From contig JAGSGY010000015.1 in NCBI GenBank assembly GCA_023954855.1, positions 8,553-72,552 on the forward strand: DNA of 64,000 nt. Direction: 5' to 3'. Positions 48,945-59,438 of the stretch are shown here, piece by piece. This stretch comes from Pseudomonadota bacterium. Its GTDB lineage: Bacteria > Myxococcota_A > UBA796 > GCA-2862545. Below the pieces are notes generated by a model that was given only the letters and a program-made list of their open reading frames with translations, did not search any database and was not told where the DNA came from. A program made the position numbers and the translations under genes. The number at the start of each line of letters is the position of its first letter. Position 1 is the stretch's first letter.

Positions 48945-50822
48945 ATGGTCCGCTGGATGCCGCTGTTGTCCGTGCTCGCGCTCACCGCCTGTGGCGTCGC
49001 GTCTGACCCCGACGAAGGGGAGGCTGGGACGGAAGAGGTCGGAGGTTCCGAGACCGTGCTTGCCGACCCGACGCCCGATGCGCAGGTCCCCTCGTCGGGT
49101 GAGGGTGCGCAAGAGGTCGTCGCGCCCAAACAGACCGCCGAGACCAAGAAGACCGAAGAGGGCGAGCAGACTCTCGAGGAGATTCTCGGCGGCCTGGACG
49201 TCGAGACCACCGGTGGTCTTTCAGGTCCGATGGGGGGGCTCATCGGCGCCAAGGGAACGCAGATCGGCACAGGCGGGCTGGGCTCCCGCGGCTACGGAGT
49301 CGGCGGTGGAGGCAGCGCTGAGGGACTCGGCGGGCTGGGCACGAAGGGCGTCGGAGGCAGCGGGGGCTTGGTGATCATGCGCGGGGCCTCCGGCTACGGC
49401 AGCGGCGCCGGCTCGTATGCACCCGCTCCCAAGCCTGTCGTCGCCTCCTCGGAGCACTACACCGACTACGGCGTCAACGGCTTCGTAGACACCGCGACCG
49501 ACCACCTCTCGACCTTCGCCGTGGATGTGGACACCGCCTCGTACACGATGGTCCGTCGCAAGCTCCGCGAGGGCTACTTGCCGTCGCCCGCGTCGGCCCG
49601 GGTCGAGGAGTTCGTGAACTACTTTCCCTACGACTACGACCGGCCCGCTGCCGGGACTCCGTTTGCCGTCGACTTCGAGGCGAGCCCGTCGCCATTCAAC
49701 CCGATCAACCACATCGTTCGCGTCGGTGTGCAGGGCAAGAAGGTCGCGTTTGACGAGCGCAAGTCGGTGCACCTGACCTTCCTCGTCGACGTGTCCGGGT
49801 CCATGCAGTCGTCCGACAAGATCGGGCTGCTCAAGAAGACCCTCACGATGCTCACCGAAGAGCTCGAGGACGGCGACACGGTGGCCATCGCGACCTACGC
49901 GGGCCGCACCGAGGTCGTGCTGCAGCCGACGCCGATGTCCCGCTCGGGCGCGATTGTGCGGGCCTTGGAGCGCCTCTCCGCCGGCGGCTCGACGGCCATG
50001 GGCGCGGGCATCGACTTGGCCTATGACCTGGCCGACAAGAGCCTGGTCGAGGGTGCTGTGAACCGCGTCATCGTCTGCTCTGATGGGGATGCCAACGTGG
50101 GCCAGACCAGCCACGAGGCGCTGTCCGACACCATTCGAGGCTACGCCGAGAAGGGGGTCACGCTCACCACCGTTGGCTTTGGGCGCGGCAACTACCAAGA
50201 CACGATGATGGAGCGTCTCGCGAACGACGGCGACGGCAACTACTACTACATCGACTCCGAGCGCGAGGCGCGGCGTGTGTTCGTCGACAAGCTCACCGGC
50301 ACGCTCGAGGTCATTGCGAAGGACGTGAAGATCCAGGTCGACTGGGATCCCGAGGACGTCATCGCCTACCGGTTGATTGGCTACGAAAACCGCGACGTGG
50401 CCGACCGCGACTTCCGCAACGACAAGGTCGACGCCGGTGAGATTGGAGCCGGGCACCAGGTCACCGCGCTCTACGAGGTGTCCCTACGCGACCACGTCGA
50501 GGGCTCGATCGCGACGGTCCGGGTCCGCAACAAGGCCCCTGGCCCGGACGCTCCGGCGGTCGAGCGTTCCTTTGAACTCTCGGCCGAGACGATTGCCGGC
50601 AGCTTTGCCGCCACCTCGCGGCAGTTCCGCATCGCCACGGCCTCAGCGGGCTTTGCAGAGCTGCTCAGGCAGAGCCCTCACATGCAGGAAGTCACCTACC
50701 GGCAGGTCGAGGCCATTGCCCGGGGAGCCGCACGTGCCGAGTTCACCGAGGATGGCGAGCTGGTCGAGTTGATCGACCGTGCTGCGGATCTGGTCGGCGA
50801 GGACAGCGTGGCAGCGCGCTGA
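48945..50822 (+). CDS. YfbK-like vWA-domain lipoprotein
   Basis: GGGAGG SD then ATG 48945. MVRWMPLLSVLALTACG lipobox. MIDAS VHLTFLVDVSGSMQSSDKIGLLK. Architecture as in VWA + DUF3520 (YfbK) proteins. Gly-rich linker. Confidence 0.8.
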   Translation: MVRWMPLLSVLALTACGVASDPDEGEAGTEEVGGSETVLADPTPDAQVPSSGEGAQEVVAPKQTAETKKTEEGEQTLEEILGGLDVETTGGLSGPMGGLIGAKGTQIGTGGLGSRGYGVGGGGSAEGLGGLGTKGVGGSGGLVIMRGASGYGSGAGSYAPAPKPVVASSEHYTDYGVNGFVDTATDHLSTFAVDVDTASYTMVRRKLREGYLPSPASARVEEFVNYFPYDYDRPAAGTPFAVDFEASPSPFNPINHIVRVGVQGKKVAFDERKSVHLTFLVDVSGSMQSSDKIGLLKKTLTMLTEELEDGDTVAIATYAGRTEVVLQPTPMSRSGAIVRALERLSAGGSTAMGAGIDLAYDLADKSLVEGAVNRVIVCSDGDANVGQTSHEALSDTIRGYAEKGVTLTTVGFGRGNYQDTMMERLANDGDGNYYYIDSEREARRVFVDKLTGTLEVIAKDVKIQVDWDPEDVIAYRLIGYENRDVADRDFRNDKVDAGEIGAGHQVTALYEVSLRDHVEGSIATVRVRNKAPGPDAPAVERSFELSAETIAGSFAATSRQFRIATASAGFAELLRQSPHMQEVTYRQVEAIARGAARAEFTEDGELVELIDRAADLVGEDSVAAR

Positions 50823-50825
50823 TCG

Positions 50826-52697
50826 CTACTTGGCGGCGGTCTGCGCCTCGTCGGTGCTCGTAGCGGGCGCTTCGGGGAGCGGGCTGTCGGGCTCGAGGAA
50901 GGCGAAGTCGCCGGCGAGCAGACGATTCGCGAAGGCCGTCTTCTCGGCGTCGTCGTTCTTCCACAGGTCCTTGAACCACTGGTCGATGCGGCGGCTGGCC
51001 GAGAGGCAGAACTGGTCGGCGAGCGCCACAGCCTTCGTGGCATCCTTGTGACCGCTGCGTTCCCAGGAGCGGGCGCGGGCCACGGCGGAGGCCATGGCGA
51101 AGATCTCGATGCCGATCTCGACGGCGCGAAACAGGAAGGCCTGCTTTCGCTCGAGGCCGGCCTGGTAGCGGACCATGCCGTGGAACACGTTGCGGGCCAA
51201 GCGGCGGGTGGCGCGGTCGGCGTAGCGCAGATGCGTCGCGAGCTCGCCGTGCTCGACGTACTTCGGGTAGTAGCCCCAAGCGACCCACAGGGTCGGGTAC
51301 CACTTCGCGTAAAAGGCGATGACACTGGGTAGAGCGGCGAGCTTCTCACCGAAGCCAGCCTTCTTGTCGACCAGGGGGCCGGCCGCCTTGAGGTGGGGGT
51401 CGAGGGCTTCGCGAGCCATGAACAGGTGCATGATCTCGGAGCTGCCTTCGAAGATGCGGTTGATGCGCACGTCGCGCATCGCCTTCTCGAGGGCGATCGG
51501 TCGCTCACCGCGGGCGGCGAGACTGTCGGCGGTCTCGAAGCCGCGTCCGCCGCGGATCTGAAGGGTCTCGTCGACGCTGTCCCAGTTGCGGGTCGAGCCC
51601 CACTCCTTGGCGGCGGCCGCCTCGAGGCGGATGTCGTAGCCCTGCCGGTCGGCGAGCAACGAGCACAGGCGGGTCATCGACTCCATGGTCCAGGTCAGGG
51701 CCGCGAGGTCGGTGAGCTTGTGGGCGATGGCCTCGTGCTTGCCGACGGGGTGTCCCCACTGCACGCGCTCGCCTGCGAAGTCGCGTGCGATCTGCAGCAG
51801 CCGGCGATTTCCGCCTGCGCAGCCTGCCGGCAGGGACAGGCGTCCGGTGTTGAGGGTAACCAGAGCGACCTTCAGGCCGCGGCCCTCGTCCCCGATGCGG
51901 TTCTTGACGGGGACCTTCACCTCGTCGAAGCAGATCACGCCGTTCTCGAGCGCCTTGAGTCCCATGAAGTGGCAGCGCCGCTCGACCGAGACGCCCTTCG
52001 AGGCGGTGTCGACGACGATGGCCGAGATCTTGCCCGAGTCCGCGTGTCGCGCCATCACCACCATCAGCTTGGCGATGGTGCCGTTGGTGATCCACAGCTT
52101 GCGGCCCGAGAGGATGTAGTGCTCGCCGTCGTCGGTGCGCGTCAGGGTGGTGGCCAGACGCGCGGGGTCGGACCCGACGTCTTCCTCGGTGAGTGCAAAG
52201 GCGGTGAGCTCTCCGGCCGCACAGCGGGGAAGGAACTCGGCCTTCTGCTCGGCGGTGCCGAACAGCTTCACGGGCGTCGGCACGCCGATCGACTGGTGCG
52301 CTGAGAGAAGCGCGATCAGGTTTCCGTCGACCTCGCCCATGCGCTCTAGGCAGAGGCCGTACTCGTACTGCGACAGCCCGAGCCCGCCGTACTCGACGGG
52401 GATCTTCATGCCCATGGCGCCCATCTCAGCGAGCGCGTCGAGCCAGGCCTGCGGGATCACGCCGTCGCGATCGACCTGAAGCTCGTCGTAGGTGTTCTCG
52501 AGAAAGGCATCGAGCTTGTCGTAGAAGGCCCGAAAGGCCGGGCGCTCGCGCTGCTGCGGAAAGGGGTCGATCCAGTCGAAGCGGAAGTTGCCGAGGAACA
52601 TTTCGCCCATGAACGAGCGGCCTGCCCAGGTGGTCTCGCGCGAGGCTTCGGTGAGCGCTCGACTCTGGTCTTCGGTGGCGTGTACGCGCTCGCTCAT
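50826..52697 (-). CDS. Acyl-CoA dehydrogenase (long FadE-like form)
   Basis: Start MSERVHATEDQ. ACAD N-, middle (beta-barrel) and C-terminal domains (FALTEEDVGSDPARL, ERVQWGHPVGKHEAIAHKL, catalytic-region IFEGSSEIM). ~623 aa. Confidence 0.9.
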   Translation of the reverse strand: MSERVHATEDQSRALTEASRETTWAGRSFMGEMFLGNFRFDWIDPFPQQRERPAFRAFYDKLDAFLENTYDELQVDRDGVIPQAWLDALAEMGAMGMKIPVEYGGLGLSQYEYGLCLERMGEVDGNLIALLSAHQSIGVPTPVKLFGTAEQKAEFLPRCAAGELTAFALTEEDVGSDPARLATTLTRTDDGEHYILSGRKLWITNGTIAKLMVVMARHADSGKISAIVVDTASKGVSVERRCHFMGLKALENGVICFDEVKVPVKNRIGDEGRGLKVALVTLNTGRLSLPAGCAGGNRRLLQIARDFAGERVQWGHPVGKHEAIAHKLTDLAALTWTMESMTRLCSLLADRQGYDIRLEAAAAKEWGSTRNWDSVDETLQIRGGRGFETADSLAARGERPIALEKAMRDVRINRIFEGSSEIMHLFMAREALDPHLKAAGPLVDKKAGFGEKLAALPSVIAFYAKWYPTLWVAWGYYPKYVEHGELATHLRYADRATRRLARNVFHGMVRYQAGLERKQAFLFRAVEIGIEIFAMASAVARARSWERSGHKDATKAVALADQFCLSASRRIDQWFKDLWKNDDAEKTAFANRLLAGDFAFLEPDSPLPEAPATSTDEAQTAAK

Positions 52698-52829
52698 GGC
52701 TCGTCTCCGTCGCTGAATAGTCATTCAATTTAGCCCGTCATCGAGCGATTGTCACGGTGCAATGGCGGCGATTGGGCTGGGTTGGCCGCGGATAGGGGAT
52801 CGTCACGTCCCCGGCTTTTCGGCGGGTCT

Positions 52830-55595
52830 ATGCTGGGCAGGATGCGAGAGACGTATGGACCATTTCGGACGGAGCGGCGTGTCGGCGTAGGGGCCTCCGC
52901 AGAGGTCTGGCTGGCGCGACATGCCACCGGTACCCCGGTGGCGATCAAGGTCTTGAAGGGTGGGCAACAAGCGTGGCTCGCCCGCGAACTTCGGGCGATT
53001 GCGGGACTCTCTCATCGGCACATCATCCAGCTGTTCGACTGGGGCGGCGAGGACGACCCGTGGCTCGCCATGGAGTTCGCTAGCGGCGGGACGCTTGCGG
53101 ACGGCGGGGTGCTGCCCTGGCATCTGGCGCGGTCTGCGTTGCTCGATCTACTCGACGCGCTGGCCCACACCCATGCTCGCGGCATTGTGCACCGCGACCT
53201 CAAGCTTGCGAACGTGCTCCGCTGCATGGGGACTGACCATCGGCCTGGCTACAAGCTGAGCGACTTCGGGCAGGCCGTCGATCGGCAATCCCTGCGCATG
53301 TCCGATGCCGCCGGAAGCCTGCGGTCGATGGCTCCAGAGCAGTTCGGACAGCGCGTCGTTGACCTGGGGCCGTGGACCGACCTCTACGCGCTGGGAGTGC
53401 TCGCGCATCAACTCTCCACCGGCGTCGCTCCGTTCGAGGCACGTACGCTCGACGGGTGGCGGCACGCGCACACCCAGCTTCCCCCGCGACTCCAGGTGCC
53501 AGACGGGGTGCCGGCTGGATGGGCGGACTGGTTGCGCAACCTGCTCGCCAAGTCGCCAGGGGACCGCTTTCAGCGTGCCGCCGATGCGGCCCACGCGCTG
53601 CGTGCTCTCGGTGAGCCGGCCGTCGACGGAGCCTTATCGGGCATCGCGATTGACGATGACAACGCCACCTTCGTGTTCGATGCCGTTGGGGAGCAGCCCG
53701 AACCGATGACCTCTGTTCCCGAGGTGAGCATGAGGCCTGCTCTTGAACTTCCCGCGAATTGGCGCCGTCCTCCAGTGCAGCCTCCCCCGCGCTTTCCCGA
53801 TGCGGGGCTCTCGCTCATCGGCGCGCGCTTCGCCCAGGTCGCCGGCCACGATGAGGCTCGTGACCAGCTGTGGGCGGAGCTGGGGCAGGTGGTTGAGTCG
53901 CAGACCACCCGCATTGTCGGGCTCACGGGACCCGGCTCGATGCAGCTTGGGCAATGGCTCGCGCTCCGTGCCGAGGAAGCCGGTATCGCGCTCGCGGCCA
54001 TTGCCGATGAGGGACCTGCGGCCCTGTTGCGCTCCCAGCTCCAGGGGCAGCCCGCAGCGGAGTTCTTGCAGCGCTTTGGGCCGAGTCCTCCGGGTCTGGC
54101 CGAGCGGGTCGAGGCCGTTCTTGATGGCGAAGGCACACAGGACCTCGCGCCGGTGTTTCACGAGGTCGCGCATCACTGCACTTCGCGGCGGGCCCTGGTG
54201 CTTGTCGTGGAGCAGTCTGACGCCCATGCCCGGCACCTGGTGCGCCACGTCGCCCTCGCGCGCTGGGTTCGTCGGGTCCCGCTGCTCATTGTGGTGGTGG
54301 GGGGTGAGGGGGCGGATGCCACCGTTCGCCTCGGTCGGGTCGAGGTGAGCGCGGCGAGGGGCCTGGTGGACCAGCTGCTGCCCCTCGAGCCCGAGACACG
54401 GGAGTGGGTGGTACGTCGCTCCGTCGAGTCCGAGATCATGCCCCTCGAGATCTTGCGCTCTCTGGTAGACCACGGGCTGCTCGCCCCAGGGCAGGGAGGC
54501 TACCGCCGCACCGGCTTGTTGCCGTCCCAGGGCCGCGCGGCGAATCTCTCACCTGAGGCGCTTGCCGCGGAGGTGGACCGTCGACTGGATGAGGGGCTTC
54601 TGGGCCAGGAACAGGGGCGGCGCGCCGATGTGGAGCGCCTGCTCGAGGAGCTCGAGGCCTTCGATCCGGATGGCGCCTGGCAGGACGAAGCGAGGACCCT
54701 CGCGATGCGGGCTTGGCTGGCGACGACACGGGGCGAGCCGGCGCTTGCTCTGACACTGGCCGAACAGGCCGTGACGGGAGCCTCTTCCGACCGATTGCGC
54801 GCCAAGGTGCTGCTGACGCTCGCGGCGGCGCGCTACCGTCTCCAAGACCACGAGGGTACTCGCGAGGCGCTCACTCAGTCGCGACAGGCGGCACGCCGCG
54901 CCGAGGATGAAGGCCTGCAGCTCGTTGCCCGGCTCAACGAGGCGACGGTGTGGAACGAGTCCCGGCCCGAAGTCTGGGATGCCATCTTGCTGCCTCTCGA
55001 GGACCTTGGCCGGTACCGTCAGGCGGTAGGGGGCTGGTACCACCGCGGCAAGAATGCGTGGGCCGCCGGTCGGGTCGACGAGGCGAGGACCTGCATCGGG
55101 CGCGTGCTTCGACTGACCGAACAGAGTGGTCTTCCCGGACGCTTCAAGGCTTTCTCGTCGCATCTCCAAGCTGAGATGGCCCACGAGGCAGGGGACACCG
55201 CGGGTGCCCGTGCGGCCTACGAGCGGTCGGCAGAGACGATGCTGACTCTCGGCATTCCCGATGTCGTCTTCGTCTGGCTCAACTTGGCGATGATCGCGCG
55301 CGAGCAGGATCGTCGCCGCGATGCGCGTGATCTACTTCTCCGCGCCCTGTGGACGTGTACTTGGCGGGCCATGCGACGCATGCGCGGACCGGTTCACGCG
55401 TGGCTCGCGGCGATTGAAGGGGAGCTCGGTGATGGTGTCGCTTCGATGGAGCATCTCGACCAGGCGATTGCCGATCTGAACGGCCAGGTCCCCGATCGCG
55501 AGACGGCCGATGCGTTCTTGGCCTGCGCGGCCTCGCTCGAAGCGAGCCATCCAGAGGCCGCCCAGCGGGCTCGAGCCGCTGCGAGTCGGGCGTAG
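52830..55595 (+). CDS. Ser/Thr protein kinase fused to large STAND-like ATPase/TPR regulatory region
   Basis: Kinase subdomains (VAIKVLK, HRDLKLANVL, DFG, APE). ~650-aa C-terminal helical/TPR-like region. 920 aa. Confidence 0.85.
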   Translation: MLGRMRETYGPFRTERRVGVGASAEVWLARHATGTPVAIKVLKGGQQAWLARELRAIAGLSHRHIIQLFDWGGEDDPWLAMEFASGGTLADGGVLPWHLARSALLDLLDALAHTHARGIVHRDLKLANVLRCMGTDHRPGYKLSDFGQAVDRQSLRMSDAAGSLRSMAPEQFGQRVVDLGPWTDLYALGVLAHQLSTGVAPFEARTLDGWRHAHTQLPPRLQVPDGVPAGWADWLRNLLAKSPGDRFQRAADAAHALRALGEPAVDGALSGIAIDDDNATFVFDAVGEQPEPMTSVPEVSMRPALELPANWRRPPVQPPPRFPDAGLSLIGARFAQVAGHDEARDQLWAELGQVVESQTTRIVGLTGPGSMQLGQWLALRAEEAGIALAAIADEGPAALLRSQLQGQPAAEFLQRFGPSPPGLAERVEAVLDGEGTQDLAPVFHEVAHHCTSRRALVLVVEQSDAHARHLVRHVALARWVRRVPLLIVVVGGEGADATVRLGRVEVSAARGLVDQLLPLEPETREWVVRRSVESEIMPLEILRSLVDHGLLAPGQGGYRRTGLLPSQGRAANLSPEALAAEVDRRLDEGLLGQEQGRRADVERLLEELEAFDPDGAWQDEARTLAMRAWLATTRGEPALALTLAEQAVTGASSDRLRAKVLLTLAAARYRLQDHEGTREALTQSRQAARRAEDEGLQLVARLNEATVWNESRPEVWDAILLPLEDLGRYRQAVGGWYHRGKNAWAAGRVDEARTCIGRVLRLTEQSGLPGRFKAFSSHLQAEMAHEAGDTAGARAAYERSAETMLTLGIPDVVFVWLNLAMIAREQDRRRDARDLLLRALWTCTWRAMRRMRGPVHAWLAAIEGELGDGVASMEHLDQAIADLNGQVPDRETADAFLACAASLEASHPEAAQRARAAASRA

Positions 55596-55617
55596 CGTCG
55601 TGGCCCAAACGAAGAGA

Positions 55618-55633
55618 GGCGACCACCGTCGCC
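55618..55633. terminator. Hairpin GGCGAC-cacc-GTCGCC between convergent kinase and SCP2 genes
   Basis: Perfect 6-bp stem seen directly, followed by CCCCTTTCTC. Possible bidirectional terminator. Confidence 0.35.
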
Positions 55634-55664
55634 GGTGATCGCCCCTTTCTCAAGCAGCCGTGGG

Positions 55665-55985
55665 CTAGTTGAGGATCTTCTGCAGCGACATGGCCAGGCC
55701 AGCGTCGGTGACAGCGAGCTTGCCGGTGATGAACAGGGTCATCGCGTTGGCGGAGCCGTCGAGCAGGCCGTTGAAGTCGGCATCGGAGATGCTGACGACG
55801 CAGCCGGGATCGGCGTGTGCGCCCTCAGAGACCGAACCGCCATCGTCGCCGGTGAGGTCGAGGGTCCAGATGCCGGCACCGTCGATGTCGAACTGGTAGA
55901 CCGCGCCGATTTCCTTCGCGAGGCCCGGGTTCTCGACGAGCTTCTTGGGCAGGTGGTTGGCGAAGAATTCCTGAGTAGTAGCCAT
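55665..55985 (-). CDS. SCP2 sterol-binding-domain protein
   Basis: MATTQEFFANHLPKKL...VYQFDIDGAGIWTLDL...FITGKLAVTDAGLAMSLQKIL is the SCP-2 pattern. GGAGG SD. 106 aa. Confidence 0.85.
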   Translation of the reverse strand: MATTQEFFANHLPKKLVENPGLAKEIGAVYQFDIDGAGIWTLDLTGDDGGSVSEGAHADPGCVVSISDADFNGLLDGSANAMTLFITGKLAVTDAGLAMSLQKILN

Positions 55986-56066
55986 GGTTCGAACCTCCGA
56001 AAGGGTCGTGTGATCTACCGGACCGCGGGCGGGCGGTCAACCGATCAATGTGGGTGAGCTGTGAGC

Positions 56067-57722
56067 TTAGAGGCGACGCCTGCGTAGCATCGTGAGAAAC
56101 GCGACGAAAGCGGCGAAGCCGGGCACGAGCACAATGCTGAGCAATCCAAGGAAAGCTTCCTGGACGATCGACAATTGGAGCAATTGATCGGTCTCAGCGG
56201 CGCGTTCGGTCAGCTCGTCGTCGGCCTCAAGCAGCCAGGCAATGCTGTTGAAGACGAGATCGGCGTTGTTGCCGGTCGAGATGCCGGCATTGGTTCCGGG
56301 AAAGCTGTCGCCAATCACGACCAGACGTCCACCAGGCTCGGCGGCCCAGCCAGGGGCGACCAACGACGGCAGGGTCAGTGGAGGTGCTTCGCCGTTGGGG
56401 AGTCCCTCGGCAACGAGCTCAGCGGGAGCCGCCTGCGCGTCGATGCTCACTCCGAGGACCGCGGGGTCGACGACCTCGATGGCGACTGCGAGCGCCACAT
56501 CACCGAGCTTCTCATCGTCGCCGGGTCCGAGCTTCTCGGGGTCGTCGAAGTCGGTCTCGGTCCACGCGAACTCGCTCGACGACAGCAGGGTGCGCAGGTG
56601 CAGGCCGTCGGCGTCAGGCATGGGATCGACGCTGCGGGCGTACGAGAGCACCACAGATCCCGAGAGGGGTGCGGTGATCGGGTGGCTCTCGAAGTTGTCC
56701 TCGAAGAGCACGAGCGACGAGACGTCGTGACCGAACTGGCGGTGGGCGGGGGAGTCCTCGAGCACGAGGTCGTCCTGCAGTAGCAAGCCATACCGCTCGA
56801 GGTCCGCCATGAGCTCGGGCGTGGTCGCCGGCTCGAGCATCATCAGCACGCGGCCGCCCTTACCGATGTACGCCGCTAGTGCCTCGCGGGCGTTCGGCAG
56901 CCAGTCGACGGTCGGACGGGCGATGATCAGCGCTTCGCAGCCCTCGGCGATGCCCTCGGTGGGCAGGCGAGACTTCATGACCGTGTAGTTGCGGCCCTCG
57001 AGGCGGATCACCGCGATGCCGAAGCCGTCCATGGTCTGGTCGTCGTCGGGGTCGGCCTCGCCGTGTCCGACGGTCCAGCAGAGGATGTGGTCCTCTTCGG
57101 AGTCGAGCTTCACGAGTGCGGTGGTCAGCGCCGTCTCGGTGAAGCGGGCCTCGAGCCGCTGCTCATCCTCGCCGGCGAGGATCACGACCGTGCCGGTCTC
57201 GGTCACGATGCCGTGGCGCTCGGTCTCGATCGGGTTGCTCATCGGGTCGATGAACTCGACGTCGAGGTGCTCCGAGAGCTCGACATAGCCCTCGACCAGC
57301 TCGCGGAAGTTGCGTTCGCCGGGGCTCTCACGGGCGAAGAAGGCCTTGATCGACACGGGCCGGTTGAGCCCCTTGGCGACAGCAATTGACTCTTGCGAGA
57401 GCGTGAAGCGCTTAGCGCCCGTCCAGTCCCAGCGGGTGTCGTGATCTTGGGCGAGCTTGACGCCATAGATGCCGACGGCCGTTGCGACGAACACCATCAG
57501 CACCGACATCATGCCGTTGCGGGCGGTGCGCGAGTTCGCTCCCTCGGTGAGGGTGTCGCGGTCGAGGGCGGCGTAGCCGGCGAAGCACAGGGCTGCGGCG
57601 ATTCCGACCAGACGCGTGTTGCTGTCGATCTCGCCGTAGACGTACCAGAGCGAGCCGAAGATCACGCCCAGCAGGCCACCGAGGGCCGCGAAGACCCACG
57701 CGTTTTTCTGCATCAACTCCAT
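56067..57722 (-). CDS. GldG-like ABC-transporter auxiliary component
   Basis: Start MELMQKNAWVFAALGG (N-terminal TM) overlapping the permease stop. C-terminal TM + RRRRL. Track extends it 360 nt upstream into non-coding-like sequence. Confidence 0.75.
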   Translation of the reverse strand: MELMQKNAWVFAALGGLLGVIFGSLWYVYGEIDSNTRLVGIAAALCFAGYAALDRDTLTEGANSRTARNGMMSVLMVFVATAVGIYGVKLAQDHDTRWDWTGAKRFTLSQESIAVAKGLNRPVSIKAFFARESPGERNFRELVEGYVELSEHLDVEFIDPMSNPIETERHGIVTETGTVVILAGEDEQRLEARFTETALTTALVKLDSEEDHILCWTVGHGEADPDDDQTMDGFGIAVIRLEGRNYTVMKSRLPTEGIAEGCEALIIARPTVDWLPNAREALAAYIGKGGRVLMMLEPATTPELMADLERYGLLLQDDLVLEDSPAHRQFGHDVSSLVLFEDNFESHPITAPLSGSVVLSYARSVDPMPDADGLHLRTLLSSSEFAWTETDFDDPEKLGPGDDEKLGDVALAVAIEVVDPAVLGVSIDAQAAPAELVAEGLPNGEAPPLTLPSLVAPGWAAEPGGRLVVIGDSFPGTNAGISTGNNADLVFNSIAWLLEADDELTERAAETDQLLQLSIVQEAFLGLLSIVLVPGFAAFVAFLTMLRRRRL

Positions 57723-58465
57723 CGGAACGACTCCACGCGCTGGTGGGTAGCGAACAAGAACACCCCGATAAAGGCGATGAAGTACGCGATGTCCGAGAGC
57801 CGCAGGATGCCGCGGAACAGGTCCTGGGCATGGGTCACAATCGCGATCTGCGAGGCGAGAGAGTCGGCTCCGCCGCCGACCCAGGAGAACACCCACAGGG
57901 TGAGTCCAGCGGCGACTGTCAGTACGAAGGCCACGACCTGGCTCTCGGTGAAGGCGCTGAACAGCATGCCCATGGCCAGCAACCCGCCCGCGAGCAGCAG
58001 AGTGCCGAGGTAGGCCGCGGCAAAGGCGCCGAGGTCCGGGTTGCCCCACCGCATCAGCAGCAGCGGGTAGTGGGCGGTGCACGCGAGCATCACCGCCACA
58101 AAGCCGAGGGCGCCGAAGAACTTGCCGAGCACAATCTCAGCGGTCGACACCGGCGCGGTCAGCAGCAGCTCGAGGGTGCGATCCTTCCGCTCGGAGGCGA
58201 ACAAGCGCATCGACAGGGCCGGGCAGAACATCAGCCAGACGATGGCGGTGTTTCCGAAGAACGGCGCCACCAGGTAGTCGGTCATGTCGACCTGCGCGGC
58301 CATGTACGGCGACACAATCGCGTCTTGCGACTGCATGGCGTACATCGACGCCATCGCGGTCCAGAAGAAGCCGGTCAGAAACAGGTAGCCGGTGAGGACC
58401 AGCCAGCCGGTGACGGTGGTGAACAGCGAACGCAGCTCGCGTCCGGCGATAGCGAATGTGCTCAC
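57713..58465 (-). CDS. ABC-2 type transporter permease (GldF-like)
   Basis: Six TM helices, ABC-2 permease pattern. 250 aa. GTG start overlapping ATPase gene stop. Confidence 0.8.
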   Translation of the reverse strand: MSTFAIAGRELRSLFTTVTGWLVLTGYLFLTGFFWTAMASMYAMQSQDAIVSPYMAAQVDMTDYLVAPFFGNTAIVWLMFCPALSMRLFASERKDRTLELLLTAPVSTAEIVLGKFFGALGFVAVMLACTAHYPLLLMRWGNPDLGAFAAAYLGTLLLAGGLLAMGMLFSAFTESQVVAFVLTVAAGLTLWVFSWVGGGADSLASQIAIVTHAQDLFRGILRLSDIAYFIAFIGVFLFATHQRVESFRWS

Positions 58466-59364
58466 TCGGCACCTCCGGTGAGCTGCAGGAACACGTCTTC
58501 GAGCTGCCGTTGTCCCGACAGCTCGAGAAGGCCGGCGTCGACGGCAACCTTGGCCACCTCGCGGCGTAGGTCGGTGGAGCCTTCGATCAGGTAGAGACCG
58601 TCGCCCCGGGCCTTGACGGCCGTGACGCCGGCGATGGCTTCGAAGCGGGCCGCGAGCTCGGGGGAGGGCTCATCCACGGTGACCTTCACGACCCGGGCAT
58701 CGCCGCCGAGCGCGTCGACGGTGTTCTGGGCGACGATGCGTCCCTGGTGGATGATGACGACGCGGTCGCATAGCGCCTCGATCTCGGGGAGCACGTGCGT
58801 CGAGAGGATGACGGTCGTATCGCCAGCCGCGAGCTCTTCGATCAGCGTGCGAATCTCGGCGCGCTGGGCCGGATCGAGTCCCGAGTTGGGCTCGTCGAGC
58901 ACGAGGACGTCAGGGCTATGAACCAAGGCTTGGGCGATACCCACGCGCTGGCGATAGCCCTTGGAGAGGTTGCCGATGATGCGGTGAGCCACCGGCGTGA
59001 GGCCCACCTTTTCGATGGCGACCTCGGCGGCATCACGCGGCTTGTCGGCGCCCTTGATCTTGCCGCAGAACCGTAGGTATTGCCGCACCGTCATCTCGGT
59101 GTACAGCGGCGGAGCCTCGGGCAGGTAGCCGATCTTCCGCTTGGCGCCGCGCGGATCGTCCATCACGTCGATGCCGTCGACCATGGCTCGACCGCCGGTC
59201 GCGCCGAGCGAACCGCATAGGATGCGCATGGTCGTTGATTTGCCGGCGCCGTTGGGTCCGAGGAACCCCACGATCTCGCCGCGCTCGACCGAGAAGCTCA
59301 GGTCATCTACCGCTAGGGTAGTGCCGTAGCGCTTGGTCAGGTGCTCCACCTCGATCATCGCCAT
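58462..59364 (-). CDS. ABC transporter ATP-binding protein (GldA-like)
   Basis: Walker A GPNGAGKST, signature LSKGYRQRV, Walker B VLVLDEP, H-loop. Confidence 0.92.
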   Translation of the reverse strand: MAMIEVEHLTKRYGTTLAVDDLSFSVERGEIVGFLGPNGAGKSTTMRILCGSLGATGGRAMVDGIDVMDDPRGAKRKIGYLPEAPPLYTEMTVRQYLRFCGKIKGADKPRDAAEVAIEKVGLTPVAHRIIGNLSKGYRQRVGIAQALVHSPDVLVLDEPNSGLDPAQRAEIRTLIEELAAGDTTVILSTHVLPEIEALCDRVVIIHQGRIVAQNTVDALGGDARVVKVTVDEPSPELAARFEAIAGVTAVKARGDGLYLIEGSTDLRREVAKVAVDAGLLELSGQRQLEDVFLQLTGGAE

Positions 59365-59438
59365 CGGGCGCTATCCTCCATCGCTGCGCAGCGTATTGTG
59401 CCAGCCGCACAGCGCAAGCCATCCGCGCGGGAGGCGGG

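Noticed and set aside
57700-57725. One-nucleotide discrepancy between my manual indexing and track coordinates at the gldF/gldG junction
   Set aside because: A counting artefact, not a biological frameshift. Track coordinates are used for these genes.
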